Below are positions 10,991 to 21,247 of a stretch of DNA of 64,000 bases, piece after piece. Made by a program: the position numbers and the translations under genes. The stretch's first letter is position 1. Each line of letters opens with the position of its first letter. The notes beneath the pieces are model-generated. The model ran no database searches. It was not told the origin of the DNA and saw nothing but the letters and a program-made list of their open reading frames with translations. Origin of the DNA: Deltaproteobacteria bacterium (lineage in GTDB: Bacteria; Myxococcota_A; Polyangia; Fen-1088); contig JANRKS010000027.1 in assembly GCA_033763315.1 (NCBI GenBank), forward strand, positions 49,134-113,133. Reading direction: 5' to 3'.

Positions 10991-12079
10991 GTGCGCGCGC
11001 GACCCGCGATCCGCTTGATATTCACGCTCGTCTTCGGGCCTGTATCCGCTTGCACGCTGGTGGTGGATCCGGGGCACTATGGCGAAGGGGCGAACGAAGC
11101 GTCGCCCGCGCTTTTGCTCGGCGGCGAGCGTGCGTCCAGCCAACCCACGGCCACGGCCGATACGCTGCTCGCGAAAGCCACGGGCGAAGGGCTTCCGCTC
11201 GGTTGGTCGCCGCAATTGGCTTTGCCGCAAGCGGGGATTTGGCACGGACACGCGTCCGCCAAACAAGTGGTGGCGTTTTGGTATGATCGCATGGGTTCGG
11301 TTCTGGCCAACGCATCTTGGAACGGCAAAACGCTTGGCCCGTGGACAAAACAACCCGGCCCACTCGTGCCGGTCGAGCAGTTGGAAGCCGGCCTGGCTCT
11401 CACCGAGGGCGCCATCTTCTTGGTGGGCAGCACACAAGGGCCAGGTGACGACGACAAGAGCAAAGTCTCCATCGCTCGACGTAACAACGGCGCGTATGGC
11501 GAATTCGAGGCCGCGCCCGTAAGACTCATCAACGGCCGGTTCCGTCCCACGCTGCTCGTGTGCCAGGGCCATCTGCTGGTCTTGGGCGGCGAAGGCAACC
11601 ATCTTGGCGATCCTGTGCCGGTCGAACACTTCGATTTCGCGAAACTCACGAACCAAAACACTGGCGTCGCCCAATTTGCGGCGGGCCCAAGCTTCGCCAT
11701 GGATGGGCGTCCCCACCGCGTTTCAAACGCCGCTGCGGTCTGCGCGTTTGGGTCTGTGTATGTCCTTGGTGGTCTTTCCCCCACCGTGAACGAAACCACC
11801 GACGTGGTGTTATCGGCAGCGTTCACCGCCGAAGGGCGTGCAGGCCCGTGGAGGCCACAAACACGTTTGCCATCCCCTTTGCGGCAAGCTGCGGCGTTCG
11901 TTTCCGGGCGGCGTTTGGTGGTCGCGGGAGGCCGCTCGGGACCAAACGCCCCGGCCAACACCAAGGTGATCTCGAGCCAAATCGGCGCCGATGGGTCGCT
12001 GAGTCCATGGGTCACCGAAACCGCCGCCGCCTTACCCGATGGCTGGGTCAACGCGCGCGCGGTGCCGCTCTCCAACTAG
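10991..12079 (+). CDS. Kelch-like beta-propeller lipoprotein
   Basis: Lipobox PVSA-C; repeats LLVLGG, VYVLGG, LVVAGG each followed by ...PW; start GTG 10991 or ATG 10979. Confidence 0.7.
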   Translation: MRARPAIRLIFTLVFGPVSACTLVVDPGHYGEGANEASPALLLGGERASSQPTATADTLLAKATGEGLPLGWSPQLALPQAGIWHGHASAKQVVAFWYDRMGSVLANASWNGKTLGPWTKQPGPLVPVEQLEAGLALTEGAIFLVGSTQGPGDDDKSKVSIARRNNGAYGEFEAAPVRLINGRFRPTLLVCQGHLLVLGGEGNHLGDPVPVEHFDFAKLTNQNTGVAQFAAGPSFAMDGRPHRVSNAAAVCAFGSVYVLGGLSPTVNETTDVVLSAAFTAEGRAGPWRPQTRLPSPLRQAAAFVSGRRLVVAGGRSGPNAPANTKVISSQIGADGSLSPWVTETAAALPDGWVNARAVPLSN

Positions 12080-12132
12080 GCCGCCCCACACACATAAGCG
12101 CCACTCACGGTATGATAGATGTGTCCTTGCCC

Positions 12133-13521
12133 ATGAACGAGCTTCCCGAGACAGCCCTTGACGCTCTAGGCGCCGCGGAGCCCTCGCCTGCCATTTCGCG
12201 CGTGCTGCTCATCGTGGAACGCGCAAGCGCGGATGCCACAAGCGACGTGATCGAACTGGGTGAAGGCGCAGAGCTGCACATCGGACGCGTGGCTGGCACA
12301 CACACGCTGGCCATTGACGATCCGCGCGTGTCGCGGCAGCACGCCCGGGTGTGGTTGGAAGCGGGCGTGCTGTCGGTGGAAGATTTGGGCGGCCGCAATG
12401 GCACGCTCGTCAACGATCGCTTGCTGATGAAGGGTCGCTTGCGCGTCGAAGGTGGCGACTGCATCAAAATCGCCAACGTCACAATCACCGTGGGCGCGTT
12501 TCGCGCGCGTGAGGTGGCCGCCGATGTGACGTTTGAATCACAAGGCGAAGTCACGCCTGGCGCGGGCGTCATCGTGGCCGAGGCGTCTATGAAGCAAGTG
12601 TTTGCTTTGGCGCACCGCCTGGCGCACCTGCCCACCACGGTGCTTTTGCTGGGCGAATCCGGCGCGGGTAAGCAGATCGTGGCCGAAGCGATTGCGCGCG
12701 GAGGCCCCCGGCATGCCGCCCCGTTTATTCGCGTCAACTGCGCGGCGCTGCCTGAGCAGTTGGTGGAAAGCGCGCTCTTCGGTCATGAGAAAGGCGCGTT
12801 TACGGGCGCCGATCGGAGGCACATCGGGTTCTTTGAAGCGGCAGGCAGTGGCACGCTTTTCCTCGACGAAGTTGGCGAGTTGCCCCCACCCGCACAAGCC
12901 AAGCTGCTTACGGCGCTCGAAAGCCACGTGATCATCCGCGTGGGCGACACACGCGAGATCCCGGTGCTGGCGCGCGTGGTGGCCGCCACCAACCGCGATC
13001 TGTGGCAAGAGGTCAAAGCGGGGCGGTTCCGCGAAGATCTGTTCTTTCGGTTAAGTGCATTCACGCTTGAGGTTCCGCCGTTGCGAACGCGGCCCCAAGA
13101 AGTGCGCCTGTTGGCAGAAGTGTTCGTCAAACAGCTGGCCAAAGCGGCCGCCACGCCCGCCCCCGTGATCGCGCCCGACGCGCACGCGCTGTTGCGAAGC
13201 CATTTTTGGCCCGGCAATGTGCGCGAGCTTCGCAACGCCATGGAATACGCATTTGTTGTGGCGTCCGAAGGCGTGATTCACGCCCATCACCTGCCCACGA
13301 GCGTAAGCAGCAAAGCGCAAGGTGTGCCCAATCCATCTGCATCGGCAAGCGCGCTGCCCGATTCGATGGACGATCTTGAACGCCGCAGCGTCGAAGCCGC
13401 AATGACCACGGAGCGGGGCAACCAAACACGCGCCGCTTTGCGCTTGGGTATCTCGCGGCGCGCGCTGATTCACAAGCTTGATAAGCACGGCATCTCGCGC
13501 CGCCATGGGGCCCCGCCGTGA
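12133..13521 (+). CDS. FHA-domain sigma54-dependent enhancer-binding protein
   Basis: FHA (GR...SRQHA...NGT), Walker [27 protein letters not shown], Fis HTH; start 12112-12133. Confidence 0.92.
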   Translation: MNELPETALDALGAAEPSPAISRVLLIVERASADATSDVIELGEGAELHIGRVAGTHTLAIDDPRVSRQHARVWLEAGVLSVEDLGGRNGTLVNDRLLMKGRLRVEGGDCIKIANVTITVGAFRAREVAADVTFESQGEVTPGAGVIVAEASMKQVFALAHRLAHLPTTVLLLGESGAGKQIVAEAIARGGPRHAAPFIRVNCAALPEQLVESALFGHEKGAFTGADRRHIGFFEAAGSGTLFLDEVGELPPPAQAKLLTALESHVIIRVGDTREIPVLARVVAATNRDLWQEVKAGRFREDLFFRLSAFTLEVPPLRTRPQEVRLLAEVFVKQLAKAAATPAPVIAPDAHALLRSHFWPGNVRELRNAMEYAFVVASEGVIHAHHLPTSVSSKAQGVPNPSASASALPDSMDDLERRSVEAAMTTERGNQTRAALRLGISRRALIHKLDKHGISRRHGAPP

Positions 13522-14972
13522 ACGCGCGCGCAGCCAGATTGGCGGCCGCACCGCCACGGCAAGTGGGTCGGTGTTTGTTGTTTTCTCCGCTGGCCTCCGG
13601 TGGCATGGCAACCGTGTTCTTGGCGCGCATGCAAACGGCCGCGGGCCTGGTGCGCACCGTGGCCGTCAAAGAGATGCACCCGCAGTTTGCGAATAACCCT
13701 GACATCGTGGCGATGTTTTTGGATGAGGCCCGCTTGGCCACCCGCATCGCCCACCCCAACATCGTGCCCACGCTCGACGTGATGTTGGAAGCCGGTGGCC
13801 TTTACCTTGTGATGGATTACGTGGCCGGCGAGCCTTTGGGCAACGTGCTGCGCAGCTGCCGCAAAGCAAGCCTCAAACTCGATCCCGCGTTCGCTAGCGC
13901 TGTGATGCGGGACGCGTTGATGGGTTTGCACGCCGCCCACGAAGCCACAGATGAATTCGGCGAGCCCTTGTCTGTGGTGCACCGAGATGTGTCACCACAA
14001 AACATCATCGTGGGCCAAGACGGCCTTTCGCGCGTGCTTGATTTCGGGATTGCGAAGGCGCGTGGGCGCGTGCAGGAAACAACTGACATCGCCGTCAAAG
14101 GCAAGCTTCGCTATATGGCGCCCGAACAGCTCACGCGCCAACCGATCGATCAGCGAGTGGATGTGTTCACCGCTGGCATCGTGCTGTGGGAATCACTTAC
14201 GGGGCGTGCGTTGTTCGAGAGTGAAGACGTAGGCAGCGCGCTTGCGGCCATCTTGCACGCCCCCATCGCGCCGCCCAGCCACTTCGATTCGCGTTTGTCT
14301 GCAGCGTGTGACGCCGTGGTGCTGCGCGCGCTTGAGCGTGATCCACGCAAGCGCTTCGCGAGCGCGCAAGAGTTTGCGGATGCGCTAACCAAGGCCATCA
14401 CGCCCGCGACGCCGCAACAAGTGGCCGCGTTGTTGGCCAAAACGTGCGGCCCCAGCCTGGCTGCGCGCGCTGCCAAGATTGCCGATATAGAAGCGGAGAC
14501 TCTTGGCGATGAGTGGCCGCCCAAGCACCTGCTCACTCTGCGCACCGTGCCGGACGTCGCCACCAACCCCGCGGTCACCGCGCTCACAAAGAAGCGGCCA
14601 ACCACACTCTGGTTGTGGCTCGGCGGCGTGGCCGCGGTGGGCGCGGGTGCGATCTATCTTAAGGCAACGCCGCGTGAGCAGCCACGCCCCCAAGAGATGC
14701 GGGCTTTGCCCACGCCTTCCCCTACCGTGACGCAAATCGCAGCTCCACCCGCGCCGGTGATTGAGACGCCTGCGATCACAGAGCCCATCGTTGCAGCACC
14801 CGCGCCGCAAAGAAAAGCGAAGCCACGCCGCGCGCCCATCAAGAAGGCCGTGGCAAACAAGGCCGCAGCCAAGCCCCCCGCAACGCCCGTGCCCGGCAAG
14901 AAGGCGGACTGCGAGATCCCCTGGGTCATCGGCCCGAACGGCGTGCGAACGCCGAAGGCGGGCTGTTTCTAG
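13518..14972 (+). CDS. Membrane-anchored Hanks-type Ser/Thr protein kinase
   Basis: GGMATV, VAVK, HRDVSPQN, DFG, APE; TM LWLWLGGVAAVGAGAIYL; Pro-rich tail ending in C...C; GTGA overlap with EBP. Confidence 0.92.
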   Translation: MNARAARLAAAPPRQVGRCLLFSPLASGGMATVFLARMQTAAGLVRTVAVKEMHPQFANNPDIVAMFLDEARLATRIAHPNIVPTLDVMLEAGGLYLVMDYVAGEPLGNVLRSCRKASLKLDPAFASAVMRDALMGLHAAHEATDEFGEPLSVVHRDVSPQNIIVGQDGLSRVLDFGIAKARGRVQETTDIAVKGKLRYMAPEQLTRQPIDQRVDVFTAGIVLWESLTGRALFESEDVGSALAAILHAPIAPPSHFDSRLSAACDAVVLRALERDPRKRFASAQEFADALTKAITPATPQQVAALLAKTCGPSLAARAAKIADIEAETLGDEWPPKHLLTLRTVPDVATNPAVTALTKKRPTTLWLWLGGVAAVGAGAIYLKATPREQPRPQEMRALPTPSPTVTQIAAPPAPVIETPAITEPIVAAPAPQRKAKPRRAPIKKAVANKAAAKPPATPVPGKKADCEIPWVIGPNGVRTPKAGCF

Positions 14973-14973
14973 A

Positions 14974-15834
14974 ATGCGCTGCTCAACACCAAGCGTTGCG
15001 CCGCGCGTGTGTTTGGCCACCGCCCTCCTAGCGATCTGTTTGGCGTGCTCGTCGCGCGCACAAGCACAAGGGCCAGCCTGCATCAAAGCGTATGAAGAGG
15101 TGCAAGTGCGTCGACGCGAGAGCCAATTCATCGCGGCCCGCGACGCGGCCGTGACGTGCGCTTCGGGTTGTCCCGCCGTGCTCGCCAAAGACTGTGCCAC
15201 GTGGATCGGCGAACTGGAAGCCGCCATTCCGCGCGTGATGCTTGAAGCGCGCGATGGCAACGGCACGCCCCTGGTGGACGTGCAGGTCACCATTGACGGC
15301 AAGCCTCGCGTGCAACAACTGCAGGGACGCGCCATCGAAGTTGATCCCGGCCCGCGCACCTTTGTGTTCTCCACCAAAGGCGCCGGTGATGTGCGCGTGC
15401 AAACGGTGGTTGTGGAGTTCGAGAAAAACCAGCGTGTATCGGCGCAATTTATGGATCTTTATCCAACCGCGCGTCACACACCGATCCCCACGTCGACGTG
15501 GGTGTTCGCAGGCGTAAGCGCCATCGGGCTTGGAACGGCGGCGGTGTTCGGAACGATGGCCTGGTCGCTGCGGCAAGATCTCGAAGACAAAGCGTGCGCA
15601 CCCGATTGCCCCGGCACCGACGTGGCTCGCCTTGGTCGTCTCACCACGGTCACCGATGTATCGCTCGGCGTGGGCCTCACAGCCGCCGTGGGCGCTGTAG
15701 CCATTTGGTTGGCCACGCGCCCCGCGCCGCGCCCGCCGCGCCAAAATCTGAGCTTGCGTTCACCGTGGGCGCCCACGATGTTCGCGCACCCGGCAGCAGG
15801 TGGTGGCAAGGTCGGCGCGGCGTGGGTTTGGTAA
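14974..15834 (+). CDS. PEGA-like domain exported/membrane protein (kinase partner)
   Basis: Signal peptide, N-terminal Cys helical region, V.V.IDG...VDPG..T PEGA-like segment, two C-terminal hydrophobic segments. Confidence 0.75.
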   Translation: MRCSTPSVAPRVCLATALLAICLACSSRAQAQGPACIKAYEEVQVRRRESQFIAARDAAVTCASGCPAVLAKDCATWIGELEAAIPRVMLEARDGNGTPLVDVQVTIDGKPRVQQLQGRAIEVDPGPRTFVFSTKGAGDVRVQTVVVEFEKNQRVSAQFMDLYPTARHTPIPTSTWVFAGVSAIGLGTAAVFGTMAWSLRQDLEDKACAPDCPGTDVARLGRLTTVTDVSLGVGLTAAVGAVAIWLATRPAPRPPRQNLSLRSPWAPTMFAHPAAGGGKVGAAWVW

Positions 15835-15840
15835 GGGCGG

Positions 15841-15860
15841 CCTGTGCAAACTTGCACAGG
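15841..15860. promoter_or_regulatory. Palindromic enhancer (UAS) candidate
   Basis: CCTGTGCAA-AC-TTGCACAGG, perfect 9-bp arms. Confidence 0.65.
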
Positions 15861-15918
15861 TGAGCCTATCCGCACAGAGACCTGCGCCAAAAACGCTTGA
15901 AAATGGCGGGCGCGCGCC

Positions 15919-15934
15919 TGGCACAACCCTTGCG
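15919..15934 (+). promoter_or_regulatory. sigma54 -24/-12 promoter for cytochrome c gene
   Basis: TGGCAC-AACCC-TTGCG. Confidence 0.75.
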
Positions 15935-15946
15935 ATGTGCTCTGTT

Positions 15947-18013
15947 GTGAACAAAAACCACTTTGCAGTTTCATGGTTCTTGTTGGCCCTCGCGGCCTGC
16001 AGTGGCGACATCCAAGGCCCGGCCATTGACGACGACACACCCGCTCCCAGCTCACCTGACGACAACCCGAGCGGCGGCAGTGGCGGCGGTCAGAAACCCG
16101 GCCAGTCAAGCGCGCCTCCCGCGGTAGACGATGCGCCCATCACCACCCCCGGATCGGGCGGGGGCATCCTCGATTGCCCCACCGTGGATTATCCCGGCAC
16201 CACGTCGGCCACGGTGAAGCTGTCGGCCAACTTCGCGCGCAATTGCGGCACCTGTCATGGCGGCTCGGGCGAGGGCAAGGGCCCCTATCCCGCGCTGCCG
16301 GGCAAATTGAGCAAATCGGAATTCATTGACAAGGTGCGCGCCGGCGCCAACAACATGCCCAGCTTCACGCAAGCCCTCGTGGATGACCGAGCGCTTGAAC
16401 AGGACTACGACGCTTTGGTGGCGCGCACAAACGCCTCCAAGCCGCTGGTCCATCCCTCCTTGCAGTGGTCAGCCACCGAGGTGCAGGCCAAACGCGAAGC
16501 GGGCCTTGCCCTGTGGCGCAAGCCCGACAAAGAAGGCGCTGCCTGCGCGAGCTGCCACAGCCCCGACGCGATTGATCTTGCAGTCATCGGCTATGGCGAC
16601 GACGCCATCGTTCGCCGCGCCACACTTCACCACCCACCTGACATTGCGGTGCAACTTGTTGACTTCGTCCATGCACAACGCAGGCACTTCAAAATCACGC
16701 GGCCGTGCTCACCAAAGTGGCGCGTGTTATCGCCGGGTGGAGACGTGTTGCCTGGCGACACGGTGGAGCAACAAGACAAGGCCCTTTGGGACGAACTCGT
16801 TCGCCGCAACATATTCGTGGCCACAGGCACGGTGCAAACCATTGAAGACGCCGACAAAGCCTGGGATGAGCTGGCCAAGCTCAACATGCGCCGCTTGCCC
16901 TTGGGCATTCCGCTTGCCCGCTGGACCGAAGACAGCTTCAACGGCGACGAACACAAGACGATCAACGATTGGATTCCTGCTGTGCCACGCATGGCCACCA
17001 ACGACACCTGGTACGCCAAAACCGACGCGTACTTGGCCGATCCCACGGTGGATCGTTTGCGCGGTCTACTTGCAGATGTAGCGACCCTCACGCACGACGG
17101 AGGCTTTGCGAAGCAACCTTTCGGTGATGGCGATCCCTCGGCGGTGATGACGTCGAAGTTCCACGGTGTGCAGATAGCGGCACACTATTTCCGCATGGCT
17201 CTGCTGAACAAGCCCGGCTGGTTTGAATCTGCCGATTCGCCCCCCGAGGTTCCATCGACCCGCGGTGAGGGCACCAACAGCCCCTTCGCTGGCATTGGTT
17301 TCGCGTACCAAGAGAACCACTGTTACAACGTGGTCCAATGCCCGCCCGGGCAGTTCAAGGCTTTGCCGCCCATCGCGCAGATGGAGTTTGACGCCAGCAC
17401 GGCTTCGATGCCTTCGGGATCGGGCGGCCTGGGCTTCAACGCCATCATGCAGAAGGAACTCACTCACCCTTGGTGGACGTTGGGTGGGATCTGGGACGCC
17501 AGCTTCTCTGGCGGTCGCAGCTTGGTGATGCATTACTGGCTCGAAAACGCGCTGCCTACGGGTGGCAGCAATTTTCCTCACCGCACATACCACCGCCCGT
17601 TCATGATGGGTGTCGCCATGGTCAAGCGTGCTGTGAAGCTAGAACAGGCCAAGGTTGCGGCGGGCGTACCGGGCGAGCTCTACGGCAACATCATGATGGG
17701 CTACGAGAATACCATCGGCTCCACCATCGGCCGCACCCCGGAGAACACACGCCTCATCTCCAACATGATGCGCATGCTTCTCTTGCGACAAAAACGCGCG
17801 CTGTCGAAGGGCGCCTCCACGATGAACCCCAGCGCCTTGTTATCAGGCAACGGCCAAGGGCAGTGGGCCACAGGTCTTGAGATGGCCGCCAAAACCCCCG
17901 GCGCGAACGCGACGTTGCTGACAAGCACGGCCGCGCTCACCCGTGAAGTGCTTGGGCTTCTTGCCAAGGCGCCGGTCACGCCCGTGACCCAGGGCTACCA
18001 GATGCCCCAGTAA
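15947..18013 (+). CDS. Di-heme c-type cytochrome lipoprotein
   Basis: Lipobox LAA-C; CGTCH with downstream MP (class I-like), second CASCH; start GTG 15947 (alternative ATG 15935). Confidence 0.8.
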   Translation: MNKNHFAVSWFLLALAACSGDIQGPAIDDDTPAPSSPDDNPSGGSGGGQKPGQSSAPPAVDDAPITTPGSGGGILDCPTVDYPGTTSATVKLSANFARNCGTCHGGSGEGKGPYPALPGKLSKSEFIDKVRAGANNMPSFTQALVDDRALEQDYDALVARTNASKPLVHPSLQWSATEVQAKREAGLALWRKPDKEGAACASCHSPDAIDLAVIGYGDDAIVRRATLHHPPDIAVQLVDFVHAQRRHFKITRPCSPKWRVLSPGGDVLPGDTVEQQDKALWDELVRRNIFVATGTVQTIEDADKAWDELAKLNMRRLPLGIPLARWTEDSFNGDEHKTINDWIPAVPRMATNDTWYAKTDAYLADPTVDRLRGLLADVATLTHDGGFAKQPFGDGDPSAVMTSKFHGVQIAAHYFRMALLNKPGWFESADSPPEVPSTRGEGTNSPFAGIGFAYQENHCYNVVQCPPGQFKALPPIAQMEFDASTASMPSGSGGLGFNAIMQKELTHPWWTLGGIWDASFSGGRSLVMHYWLENALPTGGSNFPHRTYHRPFMMGVAMVKRAVKLEQAKVAAGVPGELYGNIMMGYENTIGSTIGRTPENTRLISNMMRMLLLRQKRALSKGASTMNPSALLSGNGQGQWATGLEMAAKTPGANATLLTSTAALTREVLGLLAKAPVTPVTQGYQMPQ

Positions 18014-18033
18014 GTGCTTCGCGACGGCGTCCT

Positions 18034-18486
18034 CTACCCCCGCCCTGTGTGCCCGAACCCGCCCGCGCCGCGCACGGTCTCGGAAAGCTCCGACACTTCT
18101 TCCACGTGCACCTGCACCACAGGCGCTATCACCAGTTGCGCCACGCGATCGCCCAAGGCAATCGTGTGAGGCGCATCGCCCAAATTCACAAGCAGCACCA
18201 TGATCTCGCCGCGGTAATCGCAGTCGATCGTCCCCGGTGCGTTCACAACAGTCACGCCGAACTTGCTGGCCAAGCCCGAACGCGGCCGCACTTGGCCTTC
18301 GTATCCGGGCGGCAACTCCATCGCCAGCCCCGTGGGCACCGCCAGTCGCTGGCCTGGGGCAATCACGATGGGTTCCACCGCGCTGCTGGCTAAATCCATA
18401 CCCGCCGCCCCCGGCGTCATGTACCGGGGCAGGCGTGCGTGCTCCGAAAGCCGTGTGAAACGTACCGTCGGAGCACTTGCCATCAC
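18034..18486 (-). CDS. dut: dUTP diphosphatase
   Basis: [30 protein letters not shown]. Confidence 0.97.
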   Translation of the reverse strand: MMASAPTVRFTRLSEHARLPRYMTPGAAGMDLASSAVEPIVIAPGQRLAVPTGLAMELPPGYEGQVRPRSGLASKFGVTVVNAPGTIDCDYRGEIMVLLVNLGDAPHTIALGDRVAQLVIAPVVQVHVEEVSELSETVRGAGGFGHTGRG

Positions 18487-18495
18487 AGGTCCTGC

Positions 18496-20616
18496 TCAGG
18501 CGTCCGCGTTGCGGCTTGCCAACACGTCGTCTGGGTTCTTGTCCATCGCCTCTTTGCGCGACAGACGAATCTTGCCGGTTTGGTGATCGATTGCGATCAC
18601 CTTCACGAGCATCTGATCGCCTTCCTTGCAGATGTCGTTCACGGCGCGCACGCGTTCTTTGTCGAGCTCGCTGATGTGCACCAGGCCATCCGTGCCCGGC
18701 AAGATTTCCACGAAGGCGCCGAAATCAACGATGCGCTTCACGGTGCCCATGTAGTACTCGCCCACGCTGGCTTCCGCCGTGAGGCCCTTGATGATGTCGA
18801 TCGCCTTCTTGGCGGCAATGGCGTCAGGTGATGCCACATGCACTGTGCCGTCGTCTTCCACATCGATGGCGACACCCGTCTCCGAGATGATGCCGCGAAT
18901 GGTTTTGCCACCCGGCCCGATGATGTCGCGCACCTGCTCAGGACGCACGCGCAACGTGGTGATGCGCGGGGCGTATTGATTCAGCTCAGGACGCGCCACA
19001 GACAACGATTCAGCCATGCGGCTCAAGATCCAGATGCGGCCGTCTTTCGCTTGTGAAAGCGCTCGCTCGAGAATGTCGCGTGACATGCCTTCGATCTTGA
19101 TGTCCATCTGGATGGCGGTGACGCCGTCCTTGGTGCCACAGACTTTGAAGTCCATGTCGCCCAAGTGATCTTCGTCGCCCAAGATGTCAGACAGAACCGC
19201 GGTGCGATCGCCCTCTTTGATGAGGCCCATCGCGATGCCCGCCACCGGCGTCTTCAAAGGCACGCCCGCGTCCATCAATGACAACGAACCGCCGCACACC
19301 GAGGCCATCGATGAGCTGCCGTTCGATTCAAGGATTTCCGAAACGATGCGGATGACGTAGGGGAAATCCTTCTCAGAAGGCAACACCTGGGCGATCGCAC
19401 GCTCGGCCAAGTGGCCGTGGCCGATTTCGCGGCGGCTGGCGCCACGCAACGGCTTCGTTTCACCCGTGGAGAACGGCGGGAAATTGTAGTGCAACATGAA
19501 GCGCTTCTCGATGTTGTCGACAAGCCCATCGATGAATTGCACGTCTTGCTTGGTGCCCAACGTGGTGGTTACCAAGGATTGCGTTTCACCGCGCGTGAAC
19601 AACGCCGAACCGTGCGTGCGTGGCAGCACGCCCGATTCACACGTCACCGTGCGGATGTCGGCAGGACCGCGGCCATCGATGCGACGGCCTGTGTCCAACA
19701 CCATGTTGCGCAGGTGCTTCTTCTTCGCCTTCTCAACCGCTTCTTTGACTTCGCCTTCGCGCTCGGGAAATTCTGCGCCCAAAGCCGCCAAGGTCTCCGT
19801 GGAAACGGCTTCCAAAGCGCCGTAGCGTTGTTGCTTCTCGCGAATCGCCATCGCGGCTTCAATCTTCGGGTTGGCAAACGCGGTCACGCGGGCCACCAAA
19901 GCTTCGTCGGCCTTCGGCGAGACGAAGTCGCGCTTGGGCTTGCCCACAGCGGCGCGCAGCTTGTCTTGCAGATCGATCAACGGCTGAGCCGCGCCGTGCG
20001 CGAACATCAACGCGTCAACCAGCAGCGTTTCCGAGATCTCGGCAGCGCCACCTTCCACCATCACGATGGCGTCGCGGCTCGCGGCCACCACGAAATCAAG
20101 TTCAGACTTTTCACGCTGAGCAAACGTGGGGTTCACGATGAACTTGCCGTCCACGCGGCCCACGCGCACACCGGCGTAAGGGCCGGCCCAAGGAATCGTG
20201 GAAAGGTGCAACGCCGTGGACGCACCCGTCATCGCCAACACGTCGGTGGGGTTTTCGCGATCGGTGGAAACCACCGTGGCGATCACCTGCGTGTCAAAGC
20301 GCCAGCCCTTGGGGAACAACGGGCGGCAGGGGCGGTCGATCAAACGCGAGGTCAAAATCTCGACCTCTGTTGAGCGGCCTTCGCGCTTGAAATAGCCGCC
20401 GGGGATCTTGCCCGCGGCCGACGTCTTCTCAAGGTAATCCACGGTCAACGGCATAAAGTCGATGCCGGGGCGCACGCCCTTCGACGCCACAGCCGTCACC
20501 AAAACCATCGAATCGCCGTAGCGAACCAAAACCGAACCATCGGCTTGTTTGGCCATGCGGCCGGTTTCAATCGATAGCTCTTTGCCGCCGAAATCTACAC
20601 CTTCACGAATAAACAT
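18496..20616 (-). CDS. pnp: Polyribonucleotide nucleotidyltransferase
   Basis: [32 protein letters not shown] and S1 domains; AAGGAG 8 nt before ATG 20616. Confidence 0.98.
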   Translation of the reverse strand: MFIREGVDFGGKELSIETGRMAKQADGSVLVRYGDSMVLVTAVASKGVRPGIDFMPLTVDYLEKTSAAGKIPGGYFKREGRSTEVEILTSRLIDRPCRPLFPKGWRFDTQVIATVVSTDRENPTDVLAMTGASTALHLSTIPWAGPYAGVRVGRVDGKFIVNPTFAQREKSELDFVVAASRDAIVMVEGGAAEISETLLVDALMFAHGAAQPLIDLQDKLRAAVGKPKRDFVSPKADEALVARVTAFANPKIEAAMAIREKQQRYGALEAVSTETLAALGAEFPEREGEVKEAVEKAKKKHLRNMVLDTGRRIDGRGPADIRTVTCESGVLPRTHGSALFTRGETQSLVTTTLGTKQDVQFIDGLVDNIEKRFMLHYNFPPFSTGETKPLRGASRREIGHGHLAERAIAQVLPSEKDFPYVIRIVSEILESNGSSSMASVCGGSLSLMDAGVPLKTPVAGIAMGLIKEGDRTAVLSDILGDEDHLGDMDFKVCGTKDGVTAIQMDIKIEGMSRDILERALSQAKDGRIWILSRMAESLSVARPELNQYAPRITTLRVRPEQVRDIIGPGGKTIRGIISETGVAIDVEDDGTVHVASPDAIAAKKAIDIIKGLTAEASVGEYYMGTVKRIVDFGAFVEILPGTDGLVHISELDKERVRAVNDICKEGDQMLVKVIAIDHQTGKIRLSRKEAMDKNPDDVLASRNADA

Positions 20617-20774
20617 CTTTGTCACTCCTTGGCAGAATGACCCCGAAGGCGTTTTCCCTCATCTCGGCGTTCCCTCAACAAGCGCCACGCGCGCCTGCGA
20701 CGGACCGACGGGAAAAAGGTCGAACGCACCTCCCCGGGGCCGGTTGATTAAGAACGCGAACGCGCCAGATGGTT

Positions 20775-20853
20775 GGAACAAACGCAGAGCAAGGAAAGGC
20801 CCTTAACGCTTCCGAAGCGAAAAGAGCCCTCCTTGAGTCGCTGCGCTTGCCCC
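20775..20853 (-). promoter_or_regulatory. Long stem-loop in pnp leader (RNase III site candidate)
   Basis: GGGGCAAGCGCAG..CAAGGAGGGCTCTT pairs with AAGGGCCTTTCCTTG..CTGCGTTTGTTCC around a CGCTT/AAGCG apical hairpin. Confidence 0.55.
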
Positions 20854-20903
20854 AAAGGTCCCAAGAATTCTTGGAACCGTGCGAGCCCGCGTAAGCGAAA
20901 GCG

Positions 20904-21173
20904 TTATTTACGAATGCCGAGAGATTGAATCAGCGTCTTGTAGCGCTCGATGTCTTCCCCACGGAGGAAGTCCAGCAGGCGACGACGACGGCTGACCATC
21001 TTCAAGAGACCACGGCGAGAGTGGTGGTCTTTCTTGTGAACACGGAAGTGCTCGGTCAGGTGGGTGATGCGCTCTGTGAGCAGCGCAATCTGCACCTCGG
21101 GGGAGCCGGTGTCTTCTTCGGCTCGCTGAAACTTCTTCACTACTTCCGCTTTACGGACTGATGCCAACGCCAT
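20904..21173 (-). CDS. rpsO: 30S ribosomal protein S15
   Basis: [24 protein letters not shown]. Confidence 0.98.
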   Translation of the reverse strand: MALASVRKAEVVKKFQRAEEDTGSPEVQIALLTERITHLTEHFRVHKKDHHSRRGLLKMVSRRRRLLDFLRGEDIERYKTLIQSLGIRK

Positions 21174-21247
21174 GAATCACGCTCTTATCTGTTCGGGTTC
21201 CGAAACTATTTTTTGGGGGTCAAATGTTCTATGAAAACCACGCGCCG

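Noticed and set aside
11560-12111. N-terminal 184 aa of the 653-aa EBP ORF
   Set aside because: Overlaps the Kelch gene in another frame and is Arg-rich noise; the real start is about 12112-12133.
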